A stretch of DNA of 64,000 bases, taken from the NCBI RefSeq assembly GCF_006345805.1, contig NC_043020.1, positions 16,182,001 to 16,246,000 of the forward strand, read 5' to 3'. The notes under the pieces are model-generated. The model saw nothing but the letters and a program-made list of their open reading frames with translations, had not been told where the DNA came from and ran no database searches. The translations under genes were made by a program, and so were the position numbers. Below are positions 26,806 to 38,859 of this stretch, one piece after another (the first letter of the stretch is position 1; the number at the start of each line of letters is the position of its first letter). Source of the DNA: Octopus sinensis (Eukaryota).

Positions 26806-26856
26806 ATATAATATACATATATATATATATATATATATACATATATATACATACAT

Positions 26857-26903
<47 letters not shown>

Positions 26904-27878
26904 TATACATGAAGACAGGATATTCTCTTTAAGAATGAGGTTAATAGTGCCATATTCTATGGTAATATATGCAGAAGCAGCATATATTAGTTTTAGGTCT
27001 CAGCAGCTAAACATTTTATAGAAATTGTTTCAAAAAAAATTGTATAAATAATTAAATATAAAAATATATAAATAAGTGGGGAAAAGATATAAAAAAGGAG
27101 ATTAAAAGTCCAAAACAAAGTGACTTGTTGTCTAAATGAAGAACCTAATGCATGATTAATGGCCAAATAAATTAATTATAAAGGAAGTAATTCTTGTAAG
27201 TTTAATTGGCAATGAGTTGTATAGTTATAATCACAATAGTTTGTTTGTTACATTCAACTAAATCTGTCCTTCAAGATGTTTAACCCTTTTGATGCCAACC
27301 TTTCTGAGACTACTGATTGTTCTCTGATACTGTAGTGAGAATATTCAGCAATCATCTGTTTGACCACATAATCAGTGAATCTGATCAAACGCAACTTTCA
27401 CTGGAAAGAATTTTGCCCATGTGATCGATGGGATTTGGCCAATCATGACTTCACATGGAATCAACTCCAGTGACTAATCTCAACTTTTGGTATGCTCCTT
27501 TCTGAGCATCTGGAGTGGAATAAAATTAACACATGTGACTGCTAGACTCAGAGAGCTTTGGGATGTAGCAGAAATGACCAGCAGATGACATAGTGAACAG
27601 ACATGGGCAACAGTTGAATCTAGCTAATATCTATTTCTTTACTACCCACAAGGGGCTAAACATAGAGTGGACAAACAAGGGATTAAGTCAATTATATCGA
27701 CCCGAGTGCATAACTGGTAATTATTTAATTGACCCCGAAAGGATGAAAGGCAAAGTCGACCTCGGCGGAATTTGAACTCAGAACGTAGCGGTAGACGAAA
27801 TACTGCTGAGCTTTTGCCCGGCATGCTAACGATTCTGCCAGCTCGCCACCTTAACAAAACAATTTAAGCACTACCACT

Positions 27879-27912
27879 TGGAGAATCCAGGCATTGATCC
27901 CGGTACCTCTCG
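27879..27912 (-). pseudogene. 3' half of a tRNA-Ala-like sequence (fragment)
   Basis: Reverse complement CGAGAGGTACCGGGATCAATGCCTGGATTCTCCA resembles the variable loop, T arm and acceptor of eukaryotic tRNA-Ala; the 5' half is absent. Confidence 0.55.
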
Positions 27913-28529
27913 AACTACTGACAGTAACACAATTGACTTTCAACAGAACAAACTATCCACAACAATACGTCTCACAATAACTTTTTTAATGCTATTTCAA
28001 TTACAATATCCTAACTCTCTCAATATTCATTGTAAAACTATTTCAATAACATTCAAACTCTCTCAAATACACATAAAATTAGTTCATAAAAACCTCAATA
28101 CATTTTGTCATTTTCTTCTATGTACAACTGTCAACCTCTGACATCAGAAATAACAGCCAGCACTCAACAACCAACAGCCAGCTCCCAACATCAGCACTGT
28201 GGAGGTGCAATGGCCCAGTGGTTAGGGCAGCGGACTCACAGTTATAACAACGCGATTTCAATTCCCAGACTGGGCATTGTGAATGTTTATTGAGCAAAAG
28301 CACCTTAGCTCCACGAGGGTCCGGGGGGGGGGGGGTGAACCGCGCTGTACTCTTTCACCACAACTTTCTCTCACTCTTTCTTCCTACTTCTGCCACAAAG
28401 CAGAGGAGCCACGGTGTAACCCACTATGGTGTGGTAAACTTTCAGACTCTAGTCTAGATTGCGAATCCTCTGTACTCCATCCAGGATGGTTCAGCTCTCC
28501 ACCCGTTAAAAGCGACCATTTACGGAATG

Positions 28530-29189
28530 AGGATAACATTGCAAATTATAACAGAAAATTTATGATTTGCAGAAAGAAAGATTCCCATTTGGAATGCACC
28601 AAACACAATTTGATTTATGTTGGCTGCACAACACGGCAGTTAAATAAAACATTCAATGGGCACAGGTATGACGTCAATCACAATAACAGTTGTTCAATGG
28701 AACTTGTTGAACATCTAACATCAAACGGTTGCAATTTTGAAGAACACCTGAAAATGTGCATTCTCAGAAAATATTTTGACTCTGCTGCACTTTCACTCTC
28801 TGAAACACATGAGGATAAATTTATTGTGTATTACTAACATCATGCCCTGGGGGAGTAAACAAAATGACAGGTGAATTCTATCAACTTTACATAAAACTTT
28901 TTGACTAAGTGTTCTCTCGCCTGTTCTCTTTTCTTTTTTCTTTCTCCTGTCTTATTTTTTTTTTTTTTTTTGTTACCAGTTATGAAAAAGTGAAAACTGA
29001 TAATGTCATTTTTGTCTAAAAATGAACACAGCATATTCCTGTTCGTATTTTGAATTCCTGTACTTCTGTATTCTTTTCATTTTACCTTTTGTGCACGAGA
29101 AAGACAGACATACTGTCAAAATGTTGTTCAATTGAATAAGCAGAGTCAGTTCCTATTTATTACAAATCATATCACGCACGTCTTATTGC

Positions 29190-29190
<1 letters not shown>
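28530..29190 (+). mobile_element. Penelope-like element 3' relic: GIY-YIG endonuclease plus pLTR-like region
   Basis: LECTKHNLIYVGCTTRQLNKTFNGHRYDV..LVEHL..LKMCIL matches the PLE pattern C-x-x-x-YVG-x-T..RFNGHR. Downstream GACAG..CTGTC hairpin is shared with 30680-31000. Confidence 0.8.
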
Positions 29191-29242
<52 letters not shown>

Positions 29243-29253
29243 GGATAATAATG

Positions 29254-29300
<47 letters not shown>

Positions 29301-29379
29301 AACAATAATAATAATAATGATAATAATAACAATAATAATAATAATAATAATAATAATGATGATGATGATGATGATGATG

Positions 29380-29468
<89 letters not shown>

Positions 29469-29623
29469 TATAATAATAATAATGGTACTTATTTTATCAA
29501 CCCCCAAAGAGTGAAAGGTAAAGTTGACCTAAGTGGAATTTGAACTCAGAACATAAAGATGGACGAAATTCCACTAAGTGTTTTGCGCAGTGTCCTAATG
29601 AGCCTGCCAGCTCACAATTTTAG

Positions 29624-29652
<29 letters not shown>

Positions 29653-29654
<2 letters not shown>

Positions 29655-30069
29655 CTGTGTCTGGTCATTATTAGTCACATAGTCTTAATTAAGAAAGAAA
29701 GCAAACGATGCTGGATCAGAGATATAGTATGCCCAGCTGACAACAAGGTATGCAATAAGGAAGAAAGAAAAGTTGATAGATGTGATAGGTTAGCTTGGGA
29801 AGTTAAGCAGTTGCCGTCACTGAAAAAGGTGGTTGTAGTACCAATACCCAAAGCCCTGGGTACAGTGAGTAAAAATCCTGAGGAGTGTATGGAAAAATAA
29901 GGACTGCAGTAATGCAGTAAGGGTGGAGCACTTGCAGAAAACAGCACTGCTCGAAACCGGTCAAATACTCCGGATGGTGCTTGAAAAATAAGAGGTATTA
30001 CCTTAGTTCACTGGTTGTGAACAGCTGACATCTTAGTACATCTCCAGCATTAGAAGCTGTACAAAGGCA

Positions 30070-30070
<1 letters not shown>
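29653..30070 (+). mobile_element. 5'-truncated R4/Dong-like non-LTR element (RLE domain plus 3' UTR) in (TAA)n
   Basis: IVLIKKESKRCWIRDIVCPADNKV..KVVVVPIPKALGT..HLQKTALLETGQILRMVLEK*; (TAA)n on both sides. Confidence 0.8.
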
Positions 30071-30167
<97 letters not shown>

Positions 30168-30679
30168 TGGCTACATTGTCTTGGTATAAAAGATGGGCTA
30201 CAGCAAATATTCTGCTCAATACCACAGATTTGCTTGTCAGTTGTTTGACCTTAACCAGTTGAGTATGTCCCTTAGTGGCTGACGATATGTGCATCTCTGA
30301 TCACGAGCAGAAGTAGTGGGGGAGCATCATAGCCATGTGTTGAGAGGAATTCTTGGAAGTTTGGATAATTCACCTTTGGAAACATAGGTGGTTCGTTCAA
30401 CATCCTTAAACAATCCTTATTCAGGGACCTTTTGAGCGGGATGAGTTACTTGACCAGAAGAAAATTCTAACTGGGCCCCACCTGCAAGGTCATGCGCTGT
30501 TTATCTTAATATGAGATCGCCATGTCGCACACATATGGTTGTGATGCATGTGCCTAGTGTACCCTTATCAGACGGGTAGTCATGATGGGTATACTGGGCT
30601 TTGTATATTTTTACCCCAGTGTCACTTTGATGGCATGAACTGCTCTCTCACTCAATAACAATAATAATAATAATAATAG

Positions 30680-30996
30680 TTAATAAAAGTTCAGAAATTT
30701 AAAAGTATGACGTGAGCAAAAAGCGTTCCTTTTTTTCTGTCGTCTTCTTTTTTCTGTGTTTTTCTTTCTTTTCGCCTGTTAAAAACTTAAAAACTGATGA
30801 TGTCATTCCATCCACGTGGGAACACTTTTTCCTCACGTCATACTTTTAAATTTCTGAACTTTTTATAACTTCTTATTTGAACTTGAAAAAGACAGACGAA
30901 CTGTCGAAATATCGTTAAATAAAATATCTACAATCGAATCATGCTCTTCTTCTTAACTGTTTACCTTTGTGAAGAGTTACGTCAATCCTTTTTAAA

Positions 30997-31000
<4 letters not shown>
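30680..31000. mobile_element. PLE pLTR-like element with inverted arm and hammerhead motif (family H5)
   Basis: 30684-30726 is inverted at 30819-30863; HHR at 30877-30919. Confidence 0.7.
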
Positions 31001-31056
<56 letters not shown>

Positions 31057-31060
<4 letters not shown>

Positions 31061-31615
31061 TGCCCTGATGCAGTACCAGGCAGTGGCTCTCATGGCTTCT
31101 GATCTTAACTGATTGGAAGTGTTATCATGTACATTGTTTTGTCTTGGTATAAAAGATGGGCTACAGCAAATATTCTGCTCAATACCACAGATTTGCTTGT
31201 CAGTTGTTTGACCTTAACCAGTTGAGCATGTCCCTTAGTGGCTGACGATATGTGCATCTCTGATCACGAGCAGAAGTAGTGGGGGAGCATCATAGCCATG
31301 TGTTGAGAGGGATTCTTTGGGGTTTGAATAGTTTACCTCTGGAAACATGGGTGGTTCTTTCAACATCCTTAAACAACCCTTATTCAGGGACCGTTTGAGC
31401 GGGATGGGCTACTCAACCTGAAGAAAATTCTAACTGGGCCCCACCTGCAAGGTCATGTGCTGTTTATCTTGATATGAGATCACCATGTCGCGCACATATG
31501 GTTGTGATGCATGTGCCTGGTGTACCTTTATCACACAGGTAGTCATGATGGGTATATTGGGCTTCGTATATTTTACGCCAGTGTCACTTTGATGGCATGA
31601 ACTGCTCTCTCACTC

Positions 31616-31616
<1 letters not shown>
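31057..31616. mobile_element. About 560-bp non-coding repeat family D embedded in (TAA)n (other copies 18756-19143 plus 19320-19432, 20290-20466 reversed, 30169-30654, 32292-32850)
   Basis: Copies are very similar to one another; no A/B boxes or ORF recognised. Confidence 0.85.
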
Positions 31617-31709
<93 letters not shown>

Positions 31710-31736
31710 ATCGTTATTATTATTATTATTATTATT

Positions 31737-32205
31737 AAAGACAGGGAAGAAAATACTTGTACATTAATAGATGTAAGTGTTCCCTCTGAAAAAATATATC
31801 TGTGAAGGAATTTTTACAAATTAAGTAAATACATGGACCTGGAAATTGAAATACAAAATATGTGGCATCTCAAAGCAAAACCTGTTCCTGTTATTGTAGG
31901 CGCCCAAGGTATGATAAAAAAGGAATGTTAGAAACATCTAGATGACATCCCAGGAGAACCATGTCTCAGAGAAATCCAAAAGATTGTGCTGACAAGTACT
32001 GCCCACATCCTTAGAAAAACCCTACCAGTTTAAATGTCTGTGTTGTATTGCATGAAGATATTTTGCAACTGCCTTTGTCACTTCCCATCCCCAAACTTTC
32101 AGTTATACTGTAACATTTCTTATCCTTCACTCACCCTAGGACACAGGGTGTGTCTCAGCAAGTGATTGCAACAAATATGTAGATTAAAAGTAACAAACAA
32201 CAACA
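31737..32205 (+). mobile_element. 5'-truncated R4/Dong-like element, second family (duplicated at 32965-33433)
   Basis: KDREENTCTLIDVSVPSE..LSKYMDLEIEIQNMWHLKAKPVPVIVGAQG..LREIQKIVLTSTAHILRKTL*. Confidence 0.85.
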
Positions 32206-32256
32206 ACATTAATAATAATAATAATAATGATAATAATAATAATAATGATAATAATG

Positions 32257-32295
<39 letters not shown>

Positions 32296-32849
32296 TGCCC
32301 TGATGCAGTACCAGGCAGTGGCTCTCATGGCTTCTGATCTTAACTGATTGGAAGTGTTATCATGTACATTGTTTTGTCTTGGTATAAAAGATGGGCTACA
32401 GCAAATATTCTGCTCAATACCACAGATTTGCTTGTCAGTTGTTTGACCTTAACCAGTTGAGCATGTCCCTTAGTGGCTGACGATATGTGCATCTCTGATC
32501 ACGAGCAGAAGTAGTGGGGGAGCATCATAGCCATGTGTTGAGAGGGATTCTTTGGGGTTTGAATAGTTTACCTCTGGAAACATGGGTGGTTCTTTCAACA
32601 TCCTTAACAACCCTTATTCAGGGACCGTTTGAGCGGGATGGGCTACTCAACCTGAAGAAAATTCTAACTGGGCCCCACCTGCAAGGTCATGTGCTGTTTA
32701 TCTTGATATGAGATCACCATGTCGCGCACATATGGTTGTGATGCATGTGCCTGGTGTACCTTTATCACACAGGTAGTCATGATGGGTATATTGGGCTTCG
32801 TATATTTTACGCCAGTGTCACTTTGATGGCATGAACTGCTCTCTCACTC

Positions 32850-32937
<88 letters not shown>

Positions 32938-33486
32938 ATCGTTATTATTATTATTATTATTATTAAAGACAGGGAAGAAAATACTTGTACATTAATAGAT
33001 GTAAGTGTTCCCTCTGAAAAAATATATCTGTGAAGGAATTTTTACAAATTAAGTAAATACATGGACCTGGAAATTGAAATACAAAATATGTGGCATCTCA
33101 AAGCAAAACCTGTTCCTGTTATTGTAGGCGCCCAAGGTATGATAAAAAAGGAATGTTAGAAACATCTAGATGACATCCCAGGAGAACCATGTCTCAGAGA
33201 AATCCAAAAGATTGTGCTGACAAGTACTGCCCACATCCTTAGAAAAACCCTACCAGTTTAAATGTCTGTGTTGTATTGCATGAAGATATTTTGCAACTGC
33301 CTTTGTCACTTCCCATCCCCAAACTTTCAGTTATACTGTAACATTTCTTATCCTTCACTCACCCTAGGACACAGGGTGTGTCTCAGCAAGTGATTGCAAC
33401 AATATGTAGATTAAAAGTAACAAACAACAACAACATTAATAATAATAATAATATAATAATAATAATATAATAATAATAATAATAAT

Positions 33487-33517
<31 letters not shown>

Positions 33518-33559
33518 TTACAATAATAATGATAATAATAATAATAATAAGAGACAACC

Positions 33560-33752
33560 AAAAAAAGGCCGATACAGCATGGCACCTGTGACATTGCAAC
33601 TCATTTCTACAGCTGAGTGAACTGGAGCAACGTGAAATAAAGTGTCTTGCTCAAGAACACAACACACAGCCCTGTCTGAGATTCGAACTCACAACCTCAC
33701 AATCGTAAGCTCAATGCTCTAACCACTGAGCCATGTGCCTTCACTGAGCCAT
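33560..33752 (-). mobile_element. tRNA-derived SINE family F (related copy about 54180-54330)
   Basis: Reverse complement TGGCTCAGTGGTTAGAGC ... GAGTTCGAATC ... CTTGAGCAAGACACTTTATTTCACGTTGCTCCAGT.CACTCAGCTGT. Confidence 0.8.
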
Positions 33753-34511
33753 GCACCCTCAAAGCAATGGGTGTTGAAACACCTAAAAGTCATGCACAGG
33801 TGAGACACCTTGCCTCAGATCTCATCCAGGGGTGATGGGCATCAATATTTCTCCATTTTTGTGACTTATCAACATCATGTACCTGAACTGAATTGAAGGC
33901 AAACTGAATTGCCCATCTTTGATGATATTCAAATATTGTAAAAGCCATTTGCTGGTATGCCATGACGATGGATACATCTTATAATAATTCTGCTTGTCCC
34001 TCCATTATCTAGCCTGTCCACAATGTTTTCACATGATTAGTTGAAGGGGAGGTAGAGGGGGAGGGAGGAGGAGGAAGGTAGAGGTGGTTGTGAGTGAAAA
34101 GTGTAATTTTTTTAACCAAGTTTTTCTTCTCCCCTCTGTAAAACTTAGCCCCTCTGTAAAACTTTCATGTAATTAGTTGAAGGGAAAGGTAAAAGTCTTT
34201 GACAACTATATCTGGTCTATAAACAATCTTGCCCAGACTTGTGCCTGGGAAAGCAACTTCCTAGGTGCAATCCCATGGTCAGTCATGACCGAAGGGGGTT
34301 CTCCGCTTTGAGGGAATCATCCCCACCATGCTAAACTGCAGCTTACCAGTAAACAAAGTAAATACATTGAATACATGTGGTCAATAATGTCTAGAATAAT
34401 TGTTTCTAACATAAACACAAGGCCTGAAACTTGGCAGGAGGGGTTATTTAATTAGAATGACACCAATATTTGACTGGTACTAGATTTTATCAATCTAAAA
34501 CAATAAAAAGC

Positions 34512-34827
34512 TACATTATTTACATTATTTACATTTGATGGATATTTGTCCTCATCTTGTTTGTTGTTAACACGTTTCAGCTGATATACCCTCCAGCCTT
34601 CATCAGGTGTCTTGAGGAAATTTCGAACCTGGGTTCTCTTTCCTAGGGTATTTTTCGATGTTGTTGTTATTATTATCATCATCATCATCATCATCATTAT
34701 TATTATTATTATTATCATCATTATCGTTATTATTATTATTTATTATTGTTCAGGTCACTGTTTGGAATCGAACTCGGAATTTTGGGGTTAGTAGCCCGTG
34801 CTCTTAACCACTACGCCATATGCCCGT
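34512..34827 (-). mobile_element. Putative tRNA-headed SINE whose 3' part carries a hammerhead-like PLE-type motif (family H6)
   Basis: Head TGGCGTAGTGGTTAAGAGC..CTACTAA..GAGTTCGATTCC (34748-34826), microsatellite linker, then GACAC-CTGATGA-A-GGCTG..CAGCT-GAAAC-GTGTT and an (AATGTA)-like tail. Confidence 0.6.
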
Positions 34828-34950
34828 GAGCTAATAAAAAGCTAACTAGACTTCAAGATGATTTCAACACAGACCGTAAAGGGCTAGGAGAAATACCATA
34901 AAGCATTTCTTTCAAGAATTATAAGAAATCATCATCATCATCATCATCAT

Positions 34951-34982
<32 letters not shown>

Positions 34983-35592
34983 ATACCATTGAATGCCCAT
35001 GCTAACAATGGGTTGGATGATTTAACAGAAGCTGGCCAATTCGTAAAGGTGCTCAGGCTACAATTGGTCTGTTTGGGGGCATGGTTTCTACAGCTGGATG
35101 CCCTTCCTAATGCCAACTGCTTTACAAAGTGTGTTAAGTGCTTTTAACATGCCACCAGCATGAGTGCTTTTACATAGCACCAGCACGAATGCTTTTACCG
35201 TGGTATTGACACAGATGTTTTTACATGGCACAAGTATGGGCACTTCCAAGTGGAACTGGCACAGGTGCCTCTGTATGGCACCAGAAAGTGTTCACAAACA
35301 TGTCTACTTTGTTATTATGTTTGCATGCATAATTTCAATTGTCATCACCCTAGTTTCGGGGTTTTTAAACCTAGAAATAATCCATAAAATAATGGTTAGA
35401 ATTGGTTAAAACTGAAAACAAGAGAAGAAATTCTAGGGAAATTATTGTTGTTCATTTTTTAAAAAAAATAATTTCCAGGAAATAAAAAATAAGACCAAAT
35501 TAAGAAAAGAAAAAAATATCACAAAAAAGAAAAGAAAGAAGAAAAATATTACAAATCAATGAAAACAAAAAAGCAAAACATTTTCCCTTGTC

Positions 35593-35634
<42 letters not shown>

Positions 35635-36625
35635 GTGTATGTGCATGTGTATAAATGTATATATGTGTATATATATGTGCATGTGTGTACATGTATTTAT
35701 GTGTGTTGCATGTGCTTGTTTGTGTATGTGTATGTATATGCATATGTATGTGCAAGTCTGTGTATGTGCATGTCTATGCATGCATATATGTTGTGCATGT
35801 GTGTATCAATAATTTCAAATGATAAATACTCCAGGAAGAAATGCTAAATATTAATCTTACTAAACATCTCCAACCTCTGTAATCAATCAAAGATATTTTG
35901 GAAAAGTTTCAATGATAAAACCTGTCATTGAGCAAATTGTCTAAATTTAGAAGCCAGTACGAATCAAATTTACTATTGCAGTTGCTTTAATCAATAGTAT
36001 TGACCTATCAACTGCAGGGTTTACAGTTCACATTTAGTCTCTGGCACTGTTTGGTTTTTGTGTCTATGGCCATGATGTTCAGATCTCTCTGATTTGTTGT
36101 GTAGTTAATCATAAATGCATGTCATAAGAGAAGGAATCCTTTGCAAGGATGGTCCAGTGGTTAAAACACTTACTTCACAACCTTGTGATTCCGGGTTTGT
36201 AGTTTCAATGCATGGAATGTTGAGCCATCAAATTTTTCAGCTTGTAACTGTATTTGTGTACCTAAGGCTGGTCTGATCTCACAAACCATTTTGAGGTTAC
36301 ATGAGCCAAAATTTAAAATAAATCTGAAAGAACATGTCAGTGACTAGTTGTCACTTTGAAAATTTTATATTTTGAACAGGGATTTGGCAGCGCCACCTCT
36401 AGCCAAACAATTATTCTGTGCTGATGAAGGGAAATAATCCAGATATCACGATACACAGATATTGTTTTGAGCTGAGTGGGGGTGCTAAATACCCTTGTTC
36501 AAAAATATAAGGACACAGATCGTGTCATATAGCCAGCTGGAAATGATGTCTCTTGGAGCTAAATTGCAGTAACATTCATCCTAAACCAGGACTGCCATGT
36601 TATGCTGGCAAATAATCTTTACCAT

Positions 36626-36960
36626 GAATTTAACAGTTTTTGTGAATTTAACGGGTTTTGTGAATTCAACAGTTTTTATTAATTTAACAGATTTTTGTCA
36701 ATTTAACAGTTTTTGTGAGTTGTGAATTTAATAGTTTATAAATTCAACAGTTTTCATAAATTTAACAAACTTAACAGATGTGGTTGGTGAGCAAGCTACT
36801 TACCACATGGTTCTGGGTTCAGTCAAACTGTTTAACAGATATTTAACAGACTCCATGAATATTACAGTATTTGTGAATTTAATAGATTTTATCAATTTAA
36901 CAGTTTTGATGGATTTTACTGTTTGTTTGTGAATTTAACAGTTTTTGTGCAATTTTAAAT
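36626..36960. repeat. Degenerate AT-rich minisatellite, unit about 19 bp (TGAATTTAACAGTTTTTG)
   Basis: AATTTAACAG and close variants recur about 10 times. Confidence 0.75.
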
Positions 36961-37679
36961 GAGTCTTCCATAATGTAATCAATAATGTAATTACTAAATA
37001 AATAAACAAATAGATGTATGCTATGCTCTGTATTGTTGGTAAAAGTGTTTTTTGTATAACTACGATGATTGTATTCCATACTAGGTGCAAATCCTCTCCT
37101 GGGTTGCTGGATATCATGAAAAAACTCCACCGCTTCAAGGAAACTTATGTAGATAAACTCAAGTATTTCTTGTCTACGCATGAAATAAACAGGGTTATTT
37201 TTGTGGTTTTTAAAAATTTTGTTTTTTGTTTTGATACACAGTAGAAATAGTTGAACACCAGACTAGATGGTTTACAGTATTTAATTTTGTTTTCGATGTC
37301 TAAATGTTTGAGATAAGTTAATATTAATAAGATTAATACTTCATACTATTAACCTCATCTTTGAAGATGAAAGATATTTTTTTCTTTTAGTTGTTTGTGT
37401 TGATGCTAGATTTTCAGTCAAAGATCAAACTGATCGAAATGTAATGTAGATATAAATATCGTAAAAAAAGCAAAAAAATGAAAAGAATTTCCATCTCTAA
37501 TGATGAGGATAATGGTCCAAAAAAATTATAATCTTATTAATTTTTGCCTTTTTTATTTATTTATTTTTTTTTTACTCTTTCTAATGTAGTACCTATACTG
37601 TATGAATGTACATAGTCTAGTGGTTAGGGTGTTGACCTTATGATTATAAGGTCAAGAGCTCACTTCCAGTTTCAACCTC

Positions 37680-37970
37680 ATGGCATCTGCTGCAAACCCT
37701 GGTGTCACCACCCATAACATGGAGAAGAGAAAGATCAATAGATACAATGGCCTGACTGGCCGCTATCAGTTTGCACTGGTCATTGTTGAGATGTCAGATG
37801 TTCTCAGTCCTTGTACGATTAATTTCCTCCACAGATTAGGAATGGCATTAGCCCGTCGGAGAAATTAACCCTGTCAGGTGAAGTGGTTATTGCAATGAGT
37901 GTCACAGACCATTTTCCACAACAACACCATAATGGTCGTTACTATGGGGCACAGCTGAGCACTCCACTTG
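37680..37970 (+). mobile_element. CRE-like (RLE-type) non-LTR retrotransposon C-terminal relic
   Basis: EKRKINRYNGLTGRYQFALVIVEMSDVLSPCTINFLHRLG, then after a frameshift WLLQ*VSQTIFHNN, resembling E.RK..KY..L...Y.F.P..VET.G..G....FL..LG / FL.QR.S..I.RGN. Confidence 0.65.
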
Positions 37971-38443
37971 TTCTGAGGTATGTGACCAATCGCCCCTCCC
38001 CCTCCAGCTTTCACTGTTTTGCCCCACCTTTTTTCTCTTTTTTCTTATCTATTAGTAAATAAATTGCCGGTTTAAAAAAATAATTCCAAGACTGAGTAGA
38101 GAATCATATCCTTGAGCAAGGTAGCTCATTTCGTGTTGTTCCTGTAAACTCAGCTTAAATTGACTACCAATCAAGTGTTGATGCAGTTTTTCTTTCCTTC
38201 CGACTATAAGACCTTCAAAAAGAAGGTGCCATGTCTAGTGGTTACAGTCAAAAGTTCAATTCGAAGAATGAGTAGTACATCATTTCCTTGAGCAAAATAA
38301 CTCATTTCATGTTGTTCCAACCGATTCAGCTAAAATTCAGTACCAACCAAGTCTTGGTGCAGTTTTCTCTTCTTCCAACTGTTAGGCCCTCAACAAGATG
38401 GTATCTATGCTTAGTTGGGACCAAACAAGCACCAAAAATAACT

Positions 38444-38694
38444 GTATCGAGCACGAGTGCGGCCGGTCTTATGGTGGGGAGTAAGTCTGAGTAGTATACG
38501 ACGTTATCGACGAAGACCCCAAGTGTGTGTGTCCATGTGTTATCGACGAGGCACGAAGCGGCAAGTTCTGGGGCGAGCTCTCGGTATCGAGCATGAGTGT
38601 AGCCGGTCGGTCGGTGGGGAGTAAGTCTCAGTAGTATACGACGTTATCAACAAAGACCACAAGTGTGTGTGTCCATGTGTTATCGACGAGGCAC
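38444..38694. repeat. CpG-rich 140-bp unit, 1.8 tandem copies
   Basis: GTATCGAGCA at 38444 and 38584; TATCGACGAGGCAC ending at 38554 and 38694. Confidence 0.9.
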
Positions 38695-38859
38695 CTCTGT
38701 CAAGCTCATTTTAAGATAGATACGTGAGTAAAATTACTAATAGAGAAACAAAAATAAACTTTGGAAACAGCAACGCCACCATAGGTTACGTGGAAAGGAT
38801 GAACGTGTTTTCAAGGGAGATAATCAAAGAACGTAACATTGTAATACTTCATGTTAAGT

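Noticed and set aside
28283-28837. 184-aa ORF as an intact gene
   Set aside because: It is a chance fusion of SINE-E sequence (5' part) with a decayed PLE GIY-YIG fragment.
31230-31290. CTGACGA (and CTGAAGA further downstream) in repeat family D as hammerhead cores
   Set aside because: No stem II followed by GAAA, and no matching stem I.
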